Origin: Polyangiales bacterium
Lineage (GTDB): Bacteria; Myxococcota_A; Polyangia; Polyangiales; Polyangiaceae
Direction of reading: 5' to 3'
Assembly (NCBI GenBank): GCA_038231275.1
Contig: JBBRLQ010000007.1
Span: forward strand, 256,001 to 320,000
Length of the DNA: 64,000 bases
Shown here: positions 51,889 through 61,685 of the stretch, piece by piece
Layout of the letters: each line of letters begins with the position of its first letter
Numbering within the stretch: position 1 is the stretch's first letter
Translations under genes and position numbers: made by a program
Notes under the pieces: model-generated
Databases searched by the model: none
What the model saw: only the letters and a program-made list of their open reading frames with translations
Told to the model about the DNA's origin: nothing

Positions 51889-52914
51889 GTGCAGTCCACG
51901 GCCACCTACGAGCGCTGGGAGCTGTACCGGGTCCTCTCGGAGCCGGTGCGCCTGCGCCTCCTCGCGCTCGCGCAGGAGGAGGAGCTGACGATTGGCGAGC
52001 TCGCAGAGCTCCTCGGCGAGAGCCAGCCGAACGTGTCGCGCCACGTCGCGCCGCTGAAGCAGGCGGGGCTCGTCGTCGTGCGTCGCCAGGGCACGCGCGC
52101 GCTCGTTCGTATCGATGGAAGCGCCGTCGCCGATCCCGTCGTGATCGACGCGCTGCGGAGCGGCCGCGCGCTGTGCGAAGAGGACGGATCGCTCGCGAAG
52201 GTCGCCGTCGTCCTCGCCGCGCGCGACGCAGTGGGGCGTGAGTACTTCGCCCAGCCGCGCGGCGAGGATCGCGAGGTCGGACCTCCGCACGAGCTCGCGT
52301 CGTACCTCTCGGCGTTCGCGCCGCTCCTCCCGCGCCGCGCGCTCGCCGTCGACGCCGGCACCGGCGATGGTGGAATGCTCGACGTGCTCGCGCCGGTCTT
52401 CGAGCGCGTCGTCGCGATCGATCGCGCCGAGCCTCAGCTGCGCCGTGCGCGCGCACGCGTCGAGGCGCGCGGGTATACGAACGTCGAGCTCGTCGAAGGA
52501 GATCTGGACAGCGCCGCGGTCCACGCCGCCATCGCCCAGAAGGCCGACGCGGTCTTCGCCGTGCGCATGCTCCACCACGCGCCCCAGCCGGCGAGCCTCG
52601 TCAAGATGCTCGCCCGCCTCGCGCGCCCGGGCGGCGCCGTCATCCTCCTCGACTACGCGCGCCACGACGACGAGAAGATGCGCGCGCAGGCCGACCTGTG
52701 GCTCGGCTTCGAGGCCCGCGAGCTCGCTCGCTTCGCGAAGGACGCGGGTCTGGAAAACCCGCACGTCGCGCGAATCCCCGCGCCGCACGCGGGACCCGAC
52801 GCGCATCTGCCTTGGCAAACGTTGGTCGCCACCACCGCGAGCAGCGGCGGCGGTGACACCAAATCCGATCGAAACAAGCGAAACGAGAAAGACAGGAAGG
52901 CACATCATGGCTGA
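51889..52914 (+). CDS. sahR: ArsR-family HTH fused to a SAM-dependent methyltransferase domain (SahR-like regulator)
   Basis: [27 protein letters not shown] (ArsR); DAGTGDG, LHHAP and DLWLGF; overlaps ahcY. Confidence 0.82.
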   Translation: MQSTATYERWELYRVLSEPVRLRLLALAQEEELTIGELAELLGESQPNVSRHVAPLKQAGLVVVRRQGTRALVRIDGSAVADPVVIDALRSGRALCEEDGSLAKVAVVLAARDAVGREYFAQPRGEDREVGPPHELASYLSAFAPLLPRRALAVDAGTGDGGMLDVLAPVFERVVAIDRAEPQLRRARARVEARGYTNVELVEGDLDSAAVHAAIAQKADAVFAVRMLHHAPQPASLVKMLARLARPGGAVILLDYARHDDEKMRAQADLWLGFEARELARFAKDAGLENPHVARIPAPHAGPDAHLPWQTLVATTASSGGGDTKSDRNKRNEKDRKAHHG

Positions 52915-54217
52915 GAACTACAAGGTCAAGGACATCTCCCTCGCGGCGTGGGGTCGCAAAGAAATCGAGATCGCCGAGAGCGAAATGCCCGGCCTCATGG
53001 CGCTCCGCGCCGAGTTCGGCAAGGCGAAGCCGCTGACGGGCGCGCGCATCGCCGGCTGCCTCCACATGACGACGCAGACCGCGGTCCTCATCGAGACGCT
53101 CACCGCGCTCGGCGCCGACGTCACCTGGACCTCCTGCAACATCTACTCGACGCAGGATCAGGCCGCCGCCGCAATCGCCGCTACGGGCGTCCCCGTCTTC
53201 GCCTGGAAGGGCGAGACCGAGAAGGAATACGACGAGTGCATCGAGATGCAGCTCAAGGCGTTCAAGGGCGGCAAAGGCCCGAACATGATCTTGGACGACG
53301 GCGGCGATCTCACGATCATCGCGCACACCAAGCACCCCGAGCTCTTCGCGGGCCCGGACCCGGTCCGCGGCATCTCCGAGGAGACGACGACGGGCGTTCA
53401 CCGCCTCTACGAGATGTTCAAGAAGGGCACCCTCAAGGTCCCGTGCATCAACGTCAACGACTCGGTCACCAAGTCGAAGTTCGACAACCTCTACGGCTGC
53501 CGTGAATCGCTCGGCGACGGCCTCAAGCGCGCCACCGGCGTCATGTTCGCCGGCAAAGTGGCGGTCGTGGCCGGCTACGGCGACGTCGGCAAGGGCTGCG
53601 CGCAGTCGCTCCGCGGCCTCGGCGCCCGCGTCATCATCACCGAGATCGATCCCATCAACGCCCTCCAGGCCGCGATGGAGGGCTACCAGGTCACGACGAT
53701 GGAGAAGGCCGCGCCCCAGGGCGACATCTTCGTTACCGCGACCGGTTGCATGGGCATCCTTCGCCCCGATCACATGAAGTCGATGAAGGATCAGGCCATC
53801 CTCTGCAACATCGGCCACTTCGATTGCGAGATCGACGTCGCGTGGCTCGAGAAGAACCCCGAGATCAAGGAAGTGAACATCAAGCCGCAGGTGGACCAGT
53901 TCGTCTTCCCGGACGGCAAGCGCCTCACGCTCCTCGCACGCGGTCGCCTCGTGAACCTCGGCTGCGCGAACGGCCACCCGTCGTTCGTCATGTCGTCCTC
54001 CTTCTCGAACCAGGTCCTCGCGCAGATCGCGCTCTGGACCGACACGAAGAGCTACCCGCTCGGCGTGCACGTCCTGCCGAAGAAGCTCGACGAGAAGGTC
54101 GCCGCGCTCCACCTCGGCAAGCTCGGCGTCGAGCTGACGACGCTGTCGGACGAGCAGGCGAAGTATCTCGGCGTGTCGAAGGAAGGGCCGTTCAAGCCCG
54201 ATCACTACCGGTACTGA
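52907..54217 (+). CDS. ahcY: Adenosylhomocysteinase
   Basis: [49 protein letters not shown] and HYRY motifs. Confidence 0.98.
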   Translation: MAENYKVKDISLAAWGRKEIEIAESEMPGLMALRAEFGKAKPLTGARIAGCLHMTTQTAVLIETLTALGADVTWTSCNIYSTQDQAAAAIAATGVPVFAWKGETEKEYDECIEMQLKAFKGGKGPNMILDDGGDLTIIAHTKHPELFAGPDPVRGISEETTTGVHRLYEMFKKGTLKVPCINVNDSVTKSKFDNLYGCRESLGDGLKRATGVMFAGKVAVVAGYGDVGKGCAQSLRGLGARVIITEIDPINALQAAMEGYQVTTMEKAAPQGDIFVTATGCMGILRPDHMKSMKDQAILCNIGHFDCEIDVAWLEKNPEIKEVNIKPQVDQFVFPDGKRLTLLARGRLVNLGCANGHPSFVMSSSFSNQVLAQIALWTDTKSYPLGVHVLPKKLDEKVAALHLGKLGVELTTLSDEQAKYLGVSKEGPFKPDHYRY

Positions 54218-54240
54218 GCGACGGATTGGATTTTGTCGGG

Positions 54241-54280
54241 AGCCCCGGCTGCGCGAGCGGTCGGGGCTTTCGGCCTTTTC
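54241..54280 (+). terminator. Rho-independent terminator after ahcY
   Basis: AGCCCCGGCTGC-GCGA-GCGGTCGGGGCT stem-loop followed by TT..CTTTTC. Confidence 0.7.
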
Positions 54281-54293
54281 GGACCCGCCCGCG

Positions 54294-55472
54294 TCAGCGC
54301 GCGGCGCCGTTGCCGCACGCGCGGTTGTGGCGGAACTCGCTCTGCAAGAGCCACCAGCGCTTGGCGTTGCGATCGTACAGGTTGGCGTGGGAGGCGTTGA
54401 CGCTGCGAACGCCCTTGAAGTTCCACGCGCACTTGTCGCTGTTCTCTTCGCCCTTCGCGTCGAACCACGCGTTCAAGTCGGGATCGGTCATCGCCTCCAC
54501 CATCTCGTGCGAGATGACGTTGACCTGCGAGTCGGCGACGAAGTCACGGTTGGGCGTCACCGAGTGGTGCGCGGCCGTTCCGTAGTACGAGCACCCCGAG
54601 CCGCGCTTCGTGTTGCGGATGACGCCGTACTTCACGTCGACGGTGACGTTGTAGTTGTCCTGAAAGCGGACGTTCATCGTCTGGCGCGAGTGCCAGCCGC
54701 ACCACTTGGTGTCGTTGTGGACGGCGACGTCGGGGCTCGGCATCACGAAGTAGAGACCGTTCGCGTCGGGCGAGAGCTTCCCGCTGTTCAGCACCGAGTG
54801 GACGACGTTGGCGATTTCCGCGTCGGTGAGCGAGTGCCCGTACGGGTAGCCGACGCCGACCGCGCCCCCGAAGCCGAATCCCTTGGACCCCGCGTGCGTC
54901 GTTCCCTGACCCGCGTACTCGAGCCCGTCGAGGAAGTTTTGGTTCAGGTTGGCGGTGTGGAGCCCGTTGACGAAGGTGTGGAGGAGGCTCCGCGTGCGCG
55001 TCGTGTTTGCCCAGTTGCCGTAGTAGATGAAGTAGACGTTCTGGCGGGGCATGACCGGACCGCCGTGGTAGATGAGCTTCAACGCCGCGGCGGCCTCGGC
55101 GCCGATCGTCGTCTCCGGCGATCCGTCGCCCGCGCTCTCCGGTGTCTCCTCGCCCGCGATCGGCCTGCTCTGGTCTTCGTCCGTGCCCTCCGGCACGGCG
55201 TCGGCGCTCGCGGCGAGGGCGAGCGTCTCGTAGCGGCTCGCAAACGACGGCATGGGATGCGTCTGCGGGCCGGGCGTCGACTCCGGCGCCTGCGGGTCGA
55301 AGGCGATCGAGGATAGATCGCTCATGCCGCCCGCGAGCTGCAGCGCGTCGGCCTCCTTCGAGGAGTCCTCGGTGCTCTCCTCCGGCCCCGTTGGCGCGGC
55401 GCACCCCGAGGCGCCCGCCGAGCCGATGACGAGTCCCACACCGAACAACACGCAGGCGATGGTCGTCTTCAT
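54294..55472 (-). CDS. Exported PHI-1/EXORDIUM-like domain protein
   Basis: LIYHGGPVM, YFIYYGNW, WCGWHS, SHEMVEAMTDP and GEENSDKC motifs; signal/lipobox ASGC. Confidence 0.78.
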   Translation of the reverse strand: MKTTIACVLFGVGLVIGSAGASGCAAPTGPEESTEDSSKEADALQLAGGMSDLSSIAFDPQAPESTPGPQTHPMPSFASRYETLALAASADAVPEGTDEDQSRPIAGEETPESAGDGSPETTIGAEAAAALKLIYHGGPVMPRQNVYFIYYGNWANTTRTRSLLHTFVNGLHTANLNQNFLDGLEYAGQGTTHAGSKGFGFGGAVGVGYPYGHSLTDAEIANVVHSVLNSGKLSPDANGLYFVMPSPDVAVHNDTKWCGWHSRQTMNVRFQDNYNVTVDVKYGVIRNTKRGSGCSYYGTAAHHSVTPNRDFVADSQVNVISHEMVEAMTDPDLNAWFDAKGEENSDKCAWNFKGVRSVNASHANLYDRNAKRWWLLQSEFRHNRACGNGAAR

Positions 55473-55550
55473 GAAAGCCTCCTTGACGAGTTATGGCGCG
55501 CGAGTGGATCAGGCTTTGCTCTCCCGAGGGCCGCGCGTGAAGACTCCTTC

Positions 55551-55566
55551 AGCAAGGGGTGCGCCA
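55551..55566 (-). promoter_or_regulatory. Putative sigma54 promoter of the PHI-1-like gene
   Basis: Minus strand reads TGGCGCACCCCTTGCT, close to the consensus TGGCACG-N4-TTGCW. Confidence 0.68.
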
Positions 55567-55735
55567 CGAGACCACATCGTACGATCCGGCCATTTTCCCA
55601 GCGGATGAGACACGGTCCGCGAACGATCCAGGCGCGGCGTCTCGCGGGTCTCGCGAACGTTCACGCGTGATCGACGCGATCCCACCAGGTCCGCGGATCC
55701 ATTCCGAGCTCGAGGGTCCTACGTTACGGTTTGCC

Positions 55736-57082
55736 ATGCGCCGGTCCGCGAGCTCCCCGTACGCGCGCGTCGGCGTCCTTCTCGCGATGGGCGCCGTCAC
55801 GGGGTGCGTTCGGCCGCGGCCCGGTGTCCTCCCGCCGCGCGAGGCCGCGTACGTCGCGGTCATCAGCGGGGAGATGCCGGGCGCGTTTCGCGACGTGGCG
55901 CGCCACTCGTGGATCGTCTCCAACGTGCCCGCGACGTTGCCCTCGCGCTCGTCCACGCTCGCACGCTACGAGTGGCTCGGCGACGCAGAGGTCACGACGT
56001 ACGCCGATCCCTCCGCGGCGTTCACGTCGGGCGTCAATCCCCACGAGGTCGCCATCAGCGGCGTCGTTCGCGGATCGCGCGAGGAGATCGCGGAGGTCGT
56101 CTCGTGCCTCGCGCGCGTCACGAAGGCGTACAAAGACTTCAACTGCGGGTGCTGGCCCGGCCCCAGTAGCAACACCTTCACCGATCTGCTGATTCGGTCG
56201 TGCGGCCTCGGCATCGAGCTCCCGGCGACCGCGCTCGGAAAGGACTACCGCGGGCCCATCGGCTTCTCCGGCACCGAGGGGGGCACCGGCGTGCAGATCG
56301 AGACCTGGCTCGGCGGCGCGAAGATCGGCCTGAAGGAGGGCATCGGCGCCGACTTCATCGGGTTGCCGCTCGGCGTTCATTTCTGGCCTCCCGGCTTCGA
56401 CGTGCCCGTGAACCCCGGGCGAATCGGCGTCGACACCGCCCTGATCGTTCCCGGAAGTGACGCCTCGCCGGATCGCTTCCCGTGGCCAGAAGGCGCTCCG
56501 TCGCGCCACGAGCACGGCGCGGGCAGCATCGTGATGCTTGCATCCTACAGCCATATCGCCGACCGCGGGCGCGCCGCCGGGCTCACCGATCTCGCGCGCG
56601 TGGGCTTGACCGGCCGCGGCGTCTACGCGGGCCATGGAAGGGTGGGTGTCAGCGCCGGTTTCGATCTCGAGATCGGCGCGTCGGCCCCGGTTGGCGTCGC
56701 GTACCGCGCGAATTTCTACCCTGCGGGCCTCGGCGTCGTGCTCGGCGACACCGGATTCCTCGCGGTCCACACCGGCCTCGGGACCTCGCGCGAGTCGGCG
56801 CGCTTCGAGCTGCCCGAGGAGGCGCGCCTCGAGCTCGAGGTCACGCGGTGGGCGCGCGTCGGCGTCTACGGCGGCGTCGTCATCGTCCCGTACCACGGCG
56901 ATGACGGTCGCGCGCTCGAGTCGTTCCTCGGCGCGACCACCCGCCTCGGCACCCGCGCCACGGGTCGCGATTTCATCGGAGTGGCCAGCGGCGGATTCTT
57001 CATCGGCCTCGAGCGCCGTCAGGTGCTTCGAACCTTCTCGCTTGGGGCGGTGTTCGGCTATGAAATCGGCGCCGGGGGGTGA
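55736..57082 (+). CDS. DUF3750-like lipoprotein domain fused to a beta-barrel-like C-terminus
   Basis: Start probably ATG 55736; VTGC lipobox; ARHSWI, RYE, WPGPSSNTF and LPATALGKDY motifs. Confidence 0.65.
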   Translation: MRRSASSPYARVGVLLAMGAVTGCVRPRPGVLPPREAAYVAVISGEMPGAFRDVARHSWIVSNVPATLPSRSSTLARYEWLGDAEVTTYADPSAAFTSGVNPHEVAISGVVRGSREEIAEVVSCLARVTKAYKDFNCGCWPGPSSNTFTDLLIRSCGLGIELPATALGKDYRGPIGFSGTEGGTGVQIETWLGGAKIGLKEGIGADFIGLPLGVHFWPPGFDVPVNPGRIGVDTALIVPGSDASPDRFPWPEGAPSRHEHGAGSIVMLASYSHIADRGRAAGLTDLARVGLTGRGVYAGHGRVGVSAGFDLEIGASAPVGVAYRANFYPAGLGVVLGDTGFLAVHTGLGTSRESARFELPEEARLELEVTRWARVGVYGGVVIVPYHGDDGRALESFLGATTRLGTRATGRDFIGVASGGFFIGLERRQVLRTFSLGAVFGYEIGAGG

Positions 57083-57100
57083 GGAGGAGTCGCAGCTCGG

Positions 57101-57150
57101 CCGACTCCGACTCCGACTCCGACTCCGACTCCGACTCCGACTCCGACTCC
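57101..57150. repeat. Intergenic hexamer tandem repeat (CCGACT) x8.3
   Basis: Read directly; same unit as 13746-13772. Confidence 0.92.
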
Positions 57151-57214
57151 GGGAATAGAGCTTCGGGGGCTCGCGTCTCCTTCACGGAGGCAGCTGAGCC
57201 TCCGAGGAGCGTGA

Positions 57215-58552
57215 ATGAATTCTCGATTGAGCGCCCACAGTCTCGTCTGGGGGTCGCTTCTCGCGGCCCCGCTCGCGTTTGCCCAACCGGCGTTCGCCGA
57301 TACCCTGCCCGCAACCAAACCTGCGGTCGCCCCGATCTCGGCGACCGCGACTGGCGGGGACGACCTGAAGAAGACGCAGGAGCAGCTGACGCTCGAAAAT
57401 AGCGTCGCCGATCTCAGGCTGAAGAAGGAGCTCTCCGCGCTCGCGGCCGAGAAGCAACGGCGCGAGCTCGAGGCGTCGATCTACGCACAGAAGCTCCAGG
57501 CGGAGCTCGCGTCGCGTCAGGCCGAGATCGATCGAATGAACAAGCAGACCGACGTGCTCAACAAGACGCTCGCGCTGAAGGAGGCGGAGCGAAAGACGCG
57601 CCTCGACCGGGAGCTCGCGACGGTGCGCGAGAACCTCGAGAAGCTCAAGGCGCAGAACGATCTCGCCGCCGCTGAGCTCGCCGTCAAATCGCGCGCGGTG
57701 GCGCTGAACGAGCAGGAGATCAAGCTCCGCGCGACCGAGCTCGAGCTCCGCGACAAGCGCGACGCGGTGAACAACCGCGTGCTGGCCGACGTGAAATACA
57801 CCAAGGACCCCTTCAAGAACGGCGAGCTCACCATCACCGATCGCCGCATCCCGCTGAACGGCGTCATCACGATGGCGACGGCCGATCGCATCACCGAGCG
57901 CATCAACTTCTTCAACAACCAGAACCGTGACTTTCCGATCTTCATCGTCATCGACGAGTCACCGGGCGGCTCCGTGGCAGCCGGCTACAAGATCCTCCGC
58001 ACGATGAAGGGGAGCCAAGCTCCAGTCTACGTCGTCGTGAAATCGTTCGCAGCGAGCATGGCCGCCGGCATCACGACGCTCGCGACGCGGTCCTTCGCGT
58101 ACCCGAACGCGATCATCCTGCACCACCAGCTTTCGGCAGGCGCGGGCGGTAACCTCACCGAGCACCGTGAGCGCGTGAAGGATCTCGAGGAGTGGTGGAA
58201 GCGCCTCGCCCAGCCGGTCGCCGCGAAGATGGGCATCGGTCTCGACGAGCTCACCAAGCGCATGTACCAGCACCGCAGCACCGGCGACTGGCAGGAGTTC
58301 GGCGACGAGGCGAAGAAGCTCCACTGGGTCGACGAGATCGTCAGCGTCGTCCACGAGGAGTCGTACGTGAAAAACCCCGACACCGTCGCCGCGCGCCCCA
58401 CGGTGCCGGCGCCGCTCCGCCTCCAGCAAGACGACGCGCTCACGCAGGAGATCGACCCGCAAGGCCACGCCTTCACGAAGCTCCCGCGCCTGTCACCCGT
58501 CGACGCGTACTACCTCTACAACCCGGACAACTATTATCGGCTCGGTCAGTGA
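57215..58552 (+). CDS. ClpP-family (S14-like) serine protease with a signal peptide and long coiled coil
   Basis: AFA/ADT signal cleavage site; ~150-aa coiled coil; IDESPGGSVAAG, FAASMAA and ILHHQ motifs. Confidence 0.82.
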   Translation: MNSRLSAHSLVWGSLLAAPLAFAQPAFADTLPATKPAVAPISATATGGDDLKKTQEQLTLENSVADLRLKKELSALAAEKQRRELEASIYAQKLQAELASRQAEIDRMNKQTDVLNKTLALKEAERKTRLDRELATVRENLEKLKAQNDLAAAELAVKSRAVALNEQEIKLRATELELRDKRDAVNNRVLADVKYTKDPFKNGELTITDRRIPLNGVITMATADRITERINFFNNQNRDFPIFIVIDESPGGSVAAGYKILRTMKGSQAPVYVVVKSFAASMAAGITTLATRSFAYPNAIILHHQLSAGAGGNLTEHRERVKDLEEWWKRLAQPVAAKMGIGLDELTKRMYQHRSTGDWQEFGDEAKKLHWVDEIVSVVHEESYVKNPDTVAARPTVPAPLRLQQDDALTQEIDPQGHAFTKLPRLSPVDAYYLYNPDNYYRLGQ

Positions 58553-58678
58553 GTGGAGCGAAGCGAAGCGCAGCGGAGCGAAACGCTCCTGAAGGCTGAC
58601 CGGCTTTGCCGGTCAGTGAGTGGAGCGAAGCGCAGCGGAGCGAAACGCTCCTGAAGGCTGACCGGCTTTTCCGGTCAG
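58543..58678. repeat. REP/BIME-like tandem repeat (67-nt unit, 62-nt unit and a 7-nt partial) with internal hairpins
   Basis: Unit CGGTCAGTGAGTGGAGCGAAGCG(AAGCG)CAGCGGAGCGAAACGCTCCTGAAGGCTGACCGGCTTT(G/T)C. Confidence 0.9.
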
Positions 58679-59866
58679 ACAGGCGGAGGCCTCGTGTGGC
58701 GCGCCGAGTGATTGGACACGCTTCATCGAGGTCTTGCCGACCGCGACATCGAGCAGCTTCTTCACGCGCGAGAGGATGCCGGACTGCGGGTACGGGATGC
58801 CGTGCTTCTCGCACAGCGCCTTCACGCGCGGCGCCGCGTCGCGGTACCGGAGCATCGGCAGGTCCGGGAAGATGTGGTGCTCGATCTGGTAGTTGAGCCA
58901 CAGGTGCGCGTAGTCGACGAGATCGCCGCCGGTCGCGTAGTTCGTCGAGCCGAGGATCTGCCGGACGATCGCCTCGCCCTTCGAGCCCGGCCGGCTGTCG
59001 TAGCGGTACAAGTCGTCGCCGGTGTGGTTCGGCCCGACCACGCAGAACGTGTGCAGGTTGGTGAGCGCCTCGCCGCCGAGTGAGTTCAGGAGCGCGGAGA
59101 GCGACGCGAGCGGACCGAGGGGCAAGTAGAGGAGAGGGAAGAGGACGAAGTGCCCGGTCGCGTAAGGGAGGTAGCAGCGGAGCCATAGCTCCTTCCGGTG
59201 GTTGCGCGCGCCGTCCACCTTGCCGTCGTCGCCTCGCGCCGCGTGCCGGTCGAGCCACTCCTCGAGCGTGTTTGGCGCGTAGTACGAGAAGCGCCAGCTG
59301 ACCGCGAGGCCGAGCATCGTCATGTATTTCAGCGGCAACGGGAGGCGGGCCTTCCGCAGCCACTCGGTGTTCCGCTCGACCAGATCGGGGTCCTTCTCTT
59401 CGCCGGTGTGGCTGTGGTGAAGGACGTTGTGCTCGTAGATCCACGCCTCGGGGATCATCCAGTCGGCCCAGTCGATGAATCGACGGGAGCCGCGCGCGAA
59501 GACCTTGCTCGTGTAGCGCGCCGGGACGCCGGGGACCTTGTCGTAGCCGCGGTGGCCGATGTGGTGCATGAGCAGCCAGCGCGTCGAGCGGCCGAGCGCG
59601 AGCGCTGCCATCGTGAGCGGGTTGGGCACAGTCCACGCCGTGGCGACGCCGAACGCGGTCGCGGCGCGGCCGATCCGCTCGATCTTGCGGAGGTGCGCGA
59701 GATCAAGATCCCCCATCTTCGACTCGAGCTCGCGACGGAGCTCCTTCAGATCGGCGAGGAGCGCGTCGTAGTCGATGTTCGACGCGTCGTACGTCTCCGG
59801 AGACGAGGACGGTGACGGAGATCGGGTGGAAGAAGAAGAGGAGGCGGCGGACAGCACGGCGCGCAC
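58613..59866 (-). CDS. Membrane fatty acid desaturase
   Basis: Three His boxes: HHIGH, HNVLHH and QIEHH. Confidence 0.92.
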   Translation of the reverse strand: MRAVLSAASSSSSTRSPSPSSSPETYDASNIDYDALLADLKELRRELESKMGDLDLAHLRKIERIGRAATAFGVATAWTVPNPLTMAALALGRSTRWLLMHHIGHRGYDKVPGVPARYTSKVFARGSRRFIDWADWMIPEAWIYEHNVLHHSHTGEEKDPDLVERNTEWLRKARLPLPLKYMTMLGLAVSWRFSYYAPNTLEEWLDRHAARGDDGKVDGARNHRKELWLRCYLPYATGHFVLFPLLYLPLGPLASLSALLNSLGGEALTNLHTFCVVGPNHTGDDLYRYDSRPGSKGEAIVRQILGSTNYATGGDLVDYAHLWLNYQIEHHIFPDLPMLRYRDAAPRVKALCEKHGIPYPQSGILSRVKKLLDVAVGKTSMKRVQSLGAPHEASACLTGKAGQPSGAFRSAALRSTH

Positions 59867-59906
59867 CCTACTCGGCCGCTCGCGGTTTGTCCCCGTCCAC
59901 TTCCCG

Positions 59907-61043
59907 TCACGGACACGGATTGGGCGGCGGCGGCGGATCGGGCTGCATCGACGAAACGTCCGCGATCTCGTCGGCGTCGAAGCCGAGGCCGATCGATATC
60001 GCGTCGCACGCCGCGCCGGGTCCGTTGGTGCCGTCGGCGCGCATGTCCGAAGCCATCGCGATTTGCTGGGCGATCGAGTCGAACGCAGACGCCGAGCAGA
60101 GCGAGTCGGACACCGCGCCGGCGATCGCTCGCAGGGACGCGATCAGCTCGGTCGTGCCGACGACGCCCGCGATCGTTCCCAAGCCGATTTGGGATGGCGA
60201 AGGGTGCTCGAACGTGACGATCGCGTGATGAACCGTGAACGACCACTTTGTGTCGCCGAAGAAGAACGAGACCGTCACGTCGCTGCGCGCGCCGTTCACC
60301 CAAACGCCGCCGCTCATGTACGCCGTCGGGAACTTGGTCTTGGCGCCGCCTCCGAGCGTCCCGCCCGCGAGGGAGCTCGCCAGTACGGGCCAGTGATCGG
60401 CCCGGGTAAAGGACGGTACTCCGGAGAACGCCGCCGCGTCGTAGAGCTGCCCGGCGACGTTCGTGTTGGTCTGCCCGGGTGCGTCGGCGAGGCCGGTGAC
60501 TTCGAACAGGTAGCCGAAGGCGCCGGATCGGATCGACGACGTCAAGCTGGGTGAGACGTCATGCTGGAAGGTCTGGAGGATGGGGACGATCCGCGCTCCC
60601 CAGGCGTTGTCGATGCCGAACTCGCCGTCGATCTGCGAATCGCGGCCGGCGCCGGCGGCGGGCGTGCACACGTCGGCCGAAGTCCGCGTCGTCGTTCGGC
60701 CGTCGAGATCGTAGCCGAACGTCTTCCAGGCGATCGTGCTCGGCGTTCCCGCGCGCGTGGTGTCGCCGGCGAAGAAGCGGGACACGGCGAACGTACGGAT
60801 GGCGGTGGACGGGGGGGGTGACGGCGGTGGCTTCGAAGGAGGCTGGCCCGGCGCCGGCGGCGTGCCGAGCGCGCCGGGCGGCGTCTGTCCCGGAGTCGGC
60901 GGGGCCTCGGGCACTCCCGCGCCGTCTCCACCGGGAGCGCTCGCCGCCCCGGTATTCGGCGTCACCTTGCCCCCGCAGGCGAAGGCGAGGGATAGGAACG
61001 AAAGAGAGGAGAAGCAGAAGAGGAGTCGGAGGGAGTGGCGCAT
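59907..61043 (-). CDS. Hypothetical lipoprotein with a Pro-rich linker
   Basis: LAFAC lipobox; [14 protein letters not shown] and [10 protein letters not shown] motifs. Confidence 0.72.
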   Translation of the reverse strand: MRHSLRLLFCFSSLSFLSLAFACGGKVTPNTGAASAPGGDGAGVPEAPPTPGQTPPGALGTPPAPGQPPSKPPPSPPPSTAIRTFAVSRFFAGDTTRAGTPSTIAWKTFGYDLDGRTTTRTSADVCTPAAGAGRDSQIDGEFGIDNAWGARIVPILQTFQHDVSPSLTSSIRSGAFGYLFEVTGLADAPGQTNTNVAGQLYDAAAFSGVPSFTRADHWPVLASSLAGGTLGGGAKTKFPTAYMSGGVWVNGARSDVTVSFFFGDTKWSFTVHHAIVTFEHPSPSQIGLGTIAGVVGTTELIASLRAIAGAVSDSLCSASAFDSIAQQIAMASDMRADGTNGPGAACDAISIGLGFDADEIADVSSMQPDPPPPPNPCP

Positions 61044-61056
61044 CGCCCTCCGCCTC

Positions 61057-61072
61057 AGCGAACTTCATACCA
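61057..61072 (-). promoter_or_regulatory. Putative sigma54 promoter
   Basis: Minus strand reads TGGTATGAAGTTCGCT (GG-N10-GC), 13 nt upstream of the start codon. Confidence 0.45.
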
Positions 61073-61195
61073 ACGTGCAGCTGCCGTCTTCCCGCGCACA
61101 TGCGCCATGAGACATGGCCGGGCGGTCGCGGCAGGTGTGCCACGACCTGGGATTTGTTGCGACACTTCCGGCCTCGCGCGCTCCATACTGCTGCC

Positions 61196-61654
61196 ATGAT
61201 GCCGGCGCAGGCTCCGAACGACGACGCCGATCTCCGCGACGTCAACCCGAAGTTCCCGAAGGTCGCCGCCGGCTTCGCGCTCCTCGCGGGCGCGGTCGCC
61301 ATCTTGAACGCGATTCAGACGCTCGTCAGCGTGCGGCTCTTCTCCGCCTGGTTCGTCGTGCCGTACGTGCTCATCGCAATCGGGGTCGCGCTCGTCTTCC
61401 TCGCGCGCAACGTGTTCACCGCGCGCGGCTGGGCGGCGATCGGCGTGCTCGTCGCGGGCGCGCTCCTCTTCTTGTGCTCTGCCGCGTGGTTGGTGTTCGC
61501 CGTGAGCAACGGGTTCATCGCCCTCTACGCGCTCTGGACGCCCGTGTTCGCGCTGGTCGCCGTCGTCATGTGTGCGCTGTGTCTCCCCGCATGCGATCGG
61601 GCGGAGCGCGCGCGCCGTTCGCTGGCGGCACAAGGGTTGAGCATCGGGCTCTGA
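61196..61654 (+). CDS. Four-TM hypothetical membrane protein
   Basis: True start MMPAQAP (ATG 61196); four hydrophobic segments. Confidence 0.7.
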   Translation: MMPAQAPNDDADLRDVNPKFPKVAAGFALLAGAVAILNAIQTLVSVRLFSAWFVVPYVLIAIGVALVFLARNVFTARGWAAIGVLVAGALLFLCSAAWLVFAVSNGFIALYALWTPVFALVAVVMCALCLPACDRAERARRSLAAQGLSIGL

Positions 61655-61685
61655 TTCACTCGCTGAGCGGTACCGTTCGAAGCGA

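Noticed and set aside
57000..57402. Ser-Asp, Ser-Glu, Arg-Leu and Gly-Val dipeptide-repeat ORFs
   Set aside because: These are translations of the intergenic hexamer repeat, with no independent coding evidence.
58543..58678. Possible CRISPR array
   Set aside because: The units abut with no unique spacers, there are only two full copies, and no cas genes are present.
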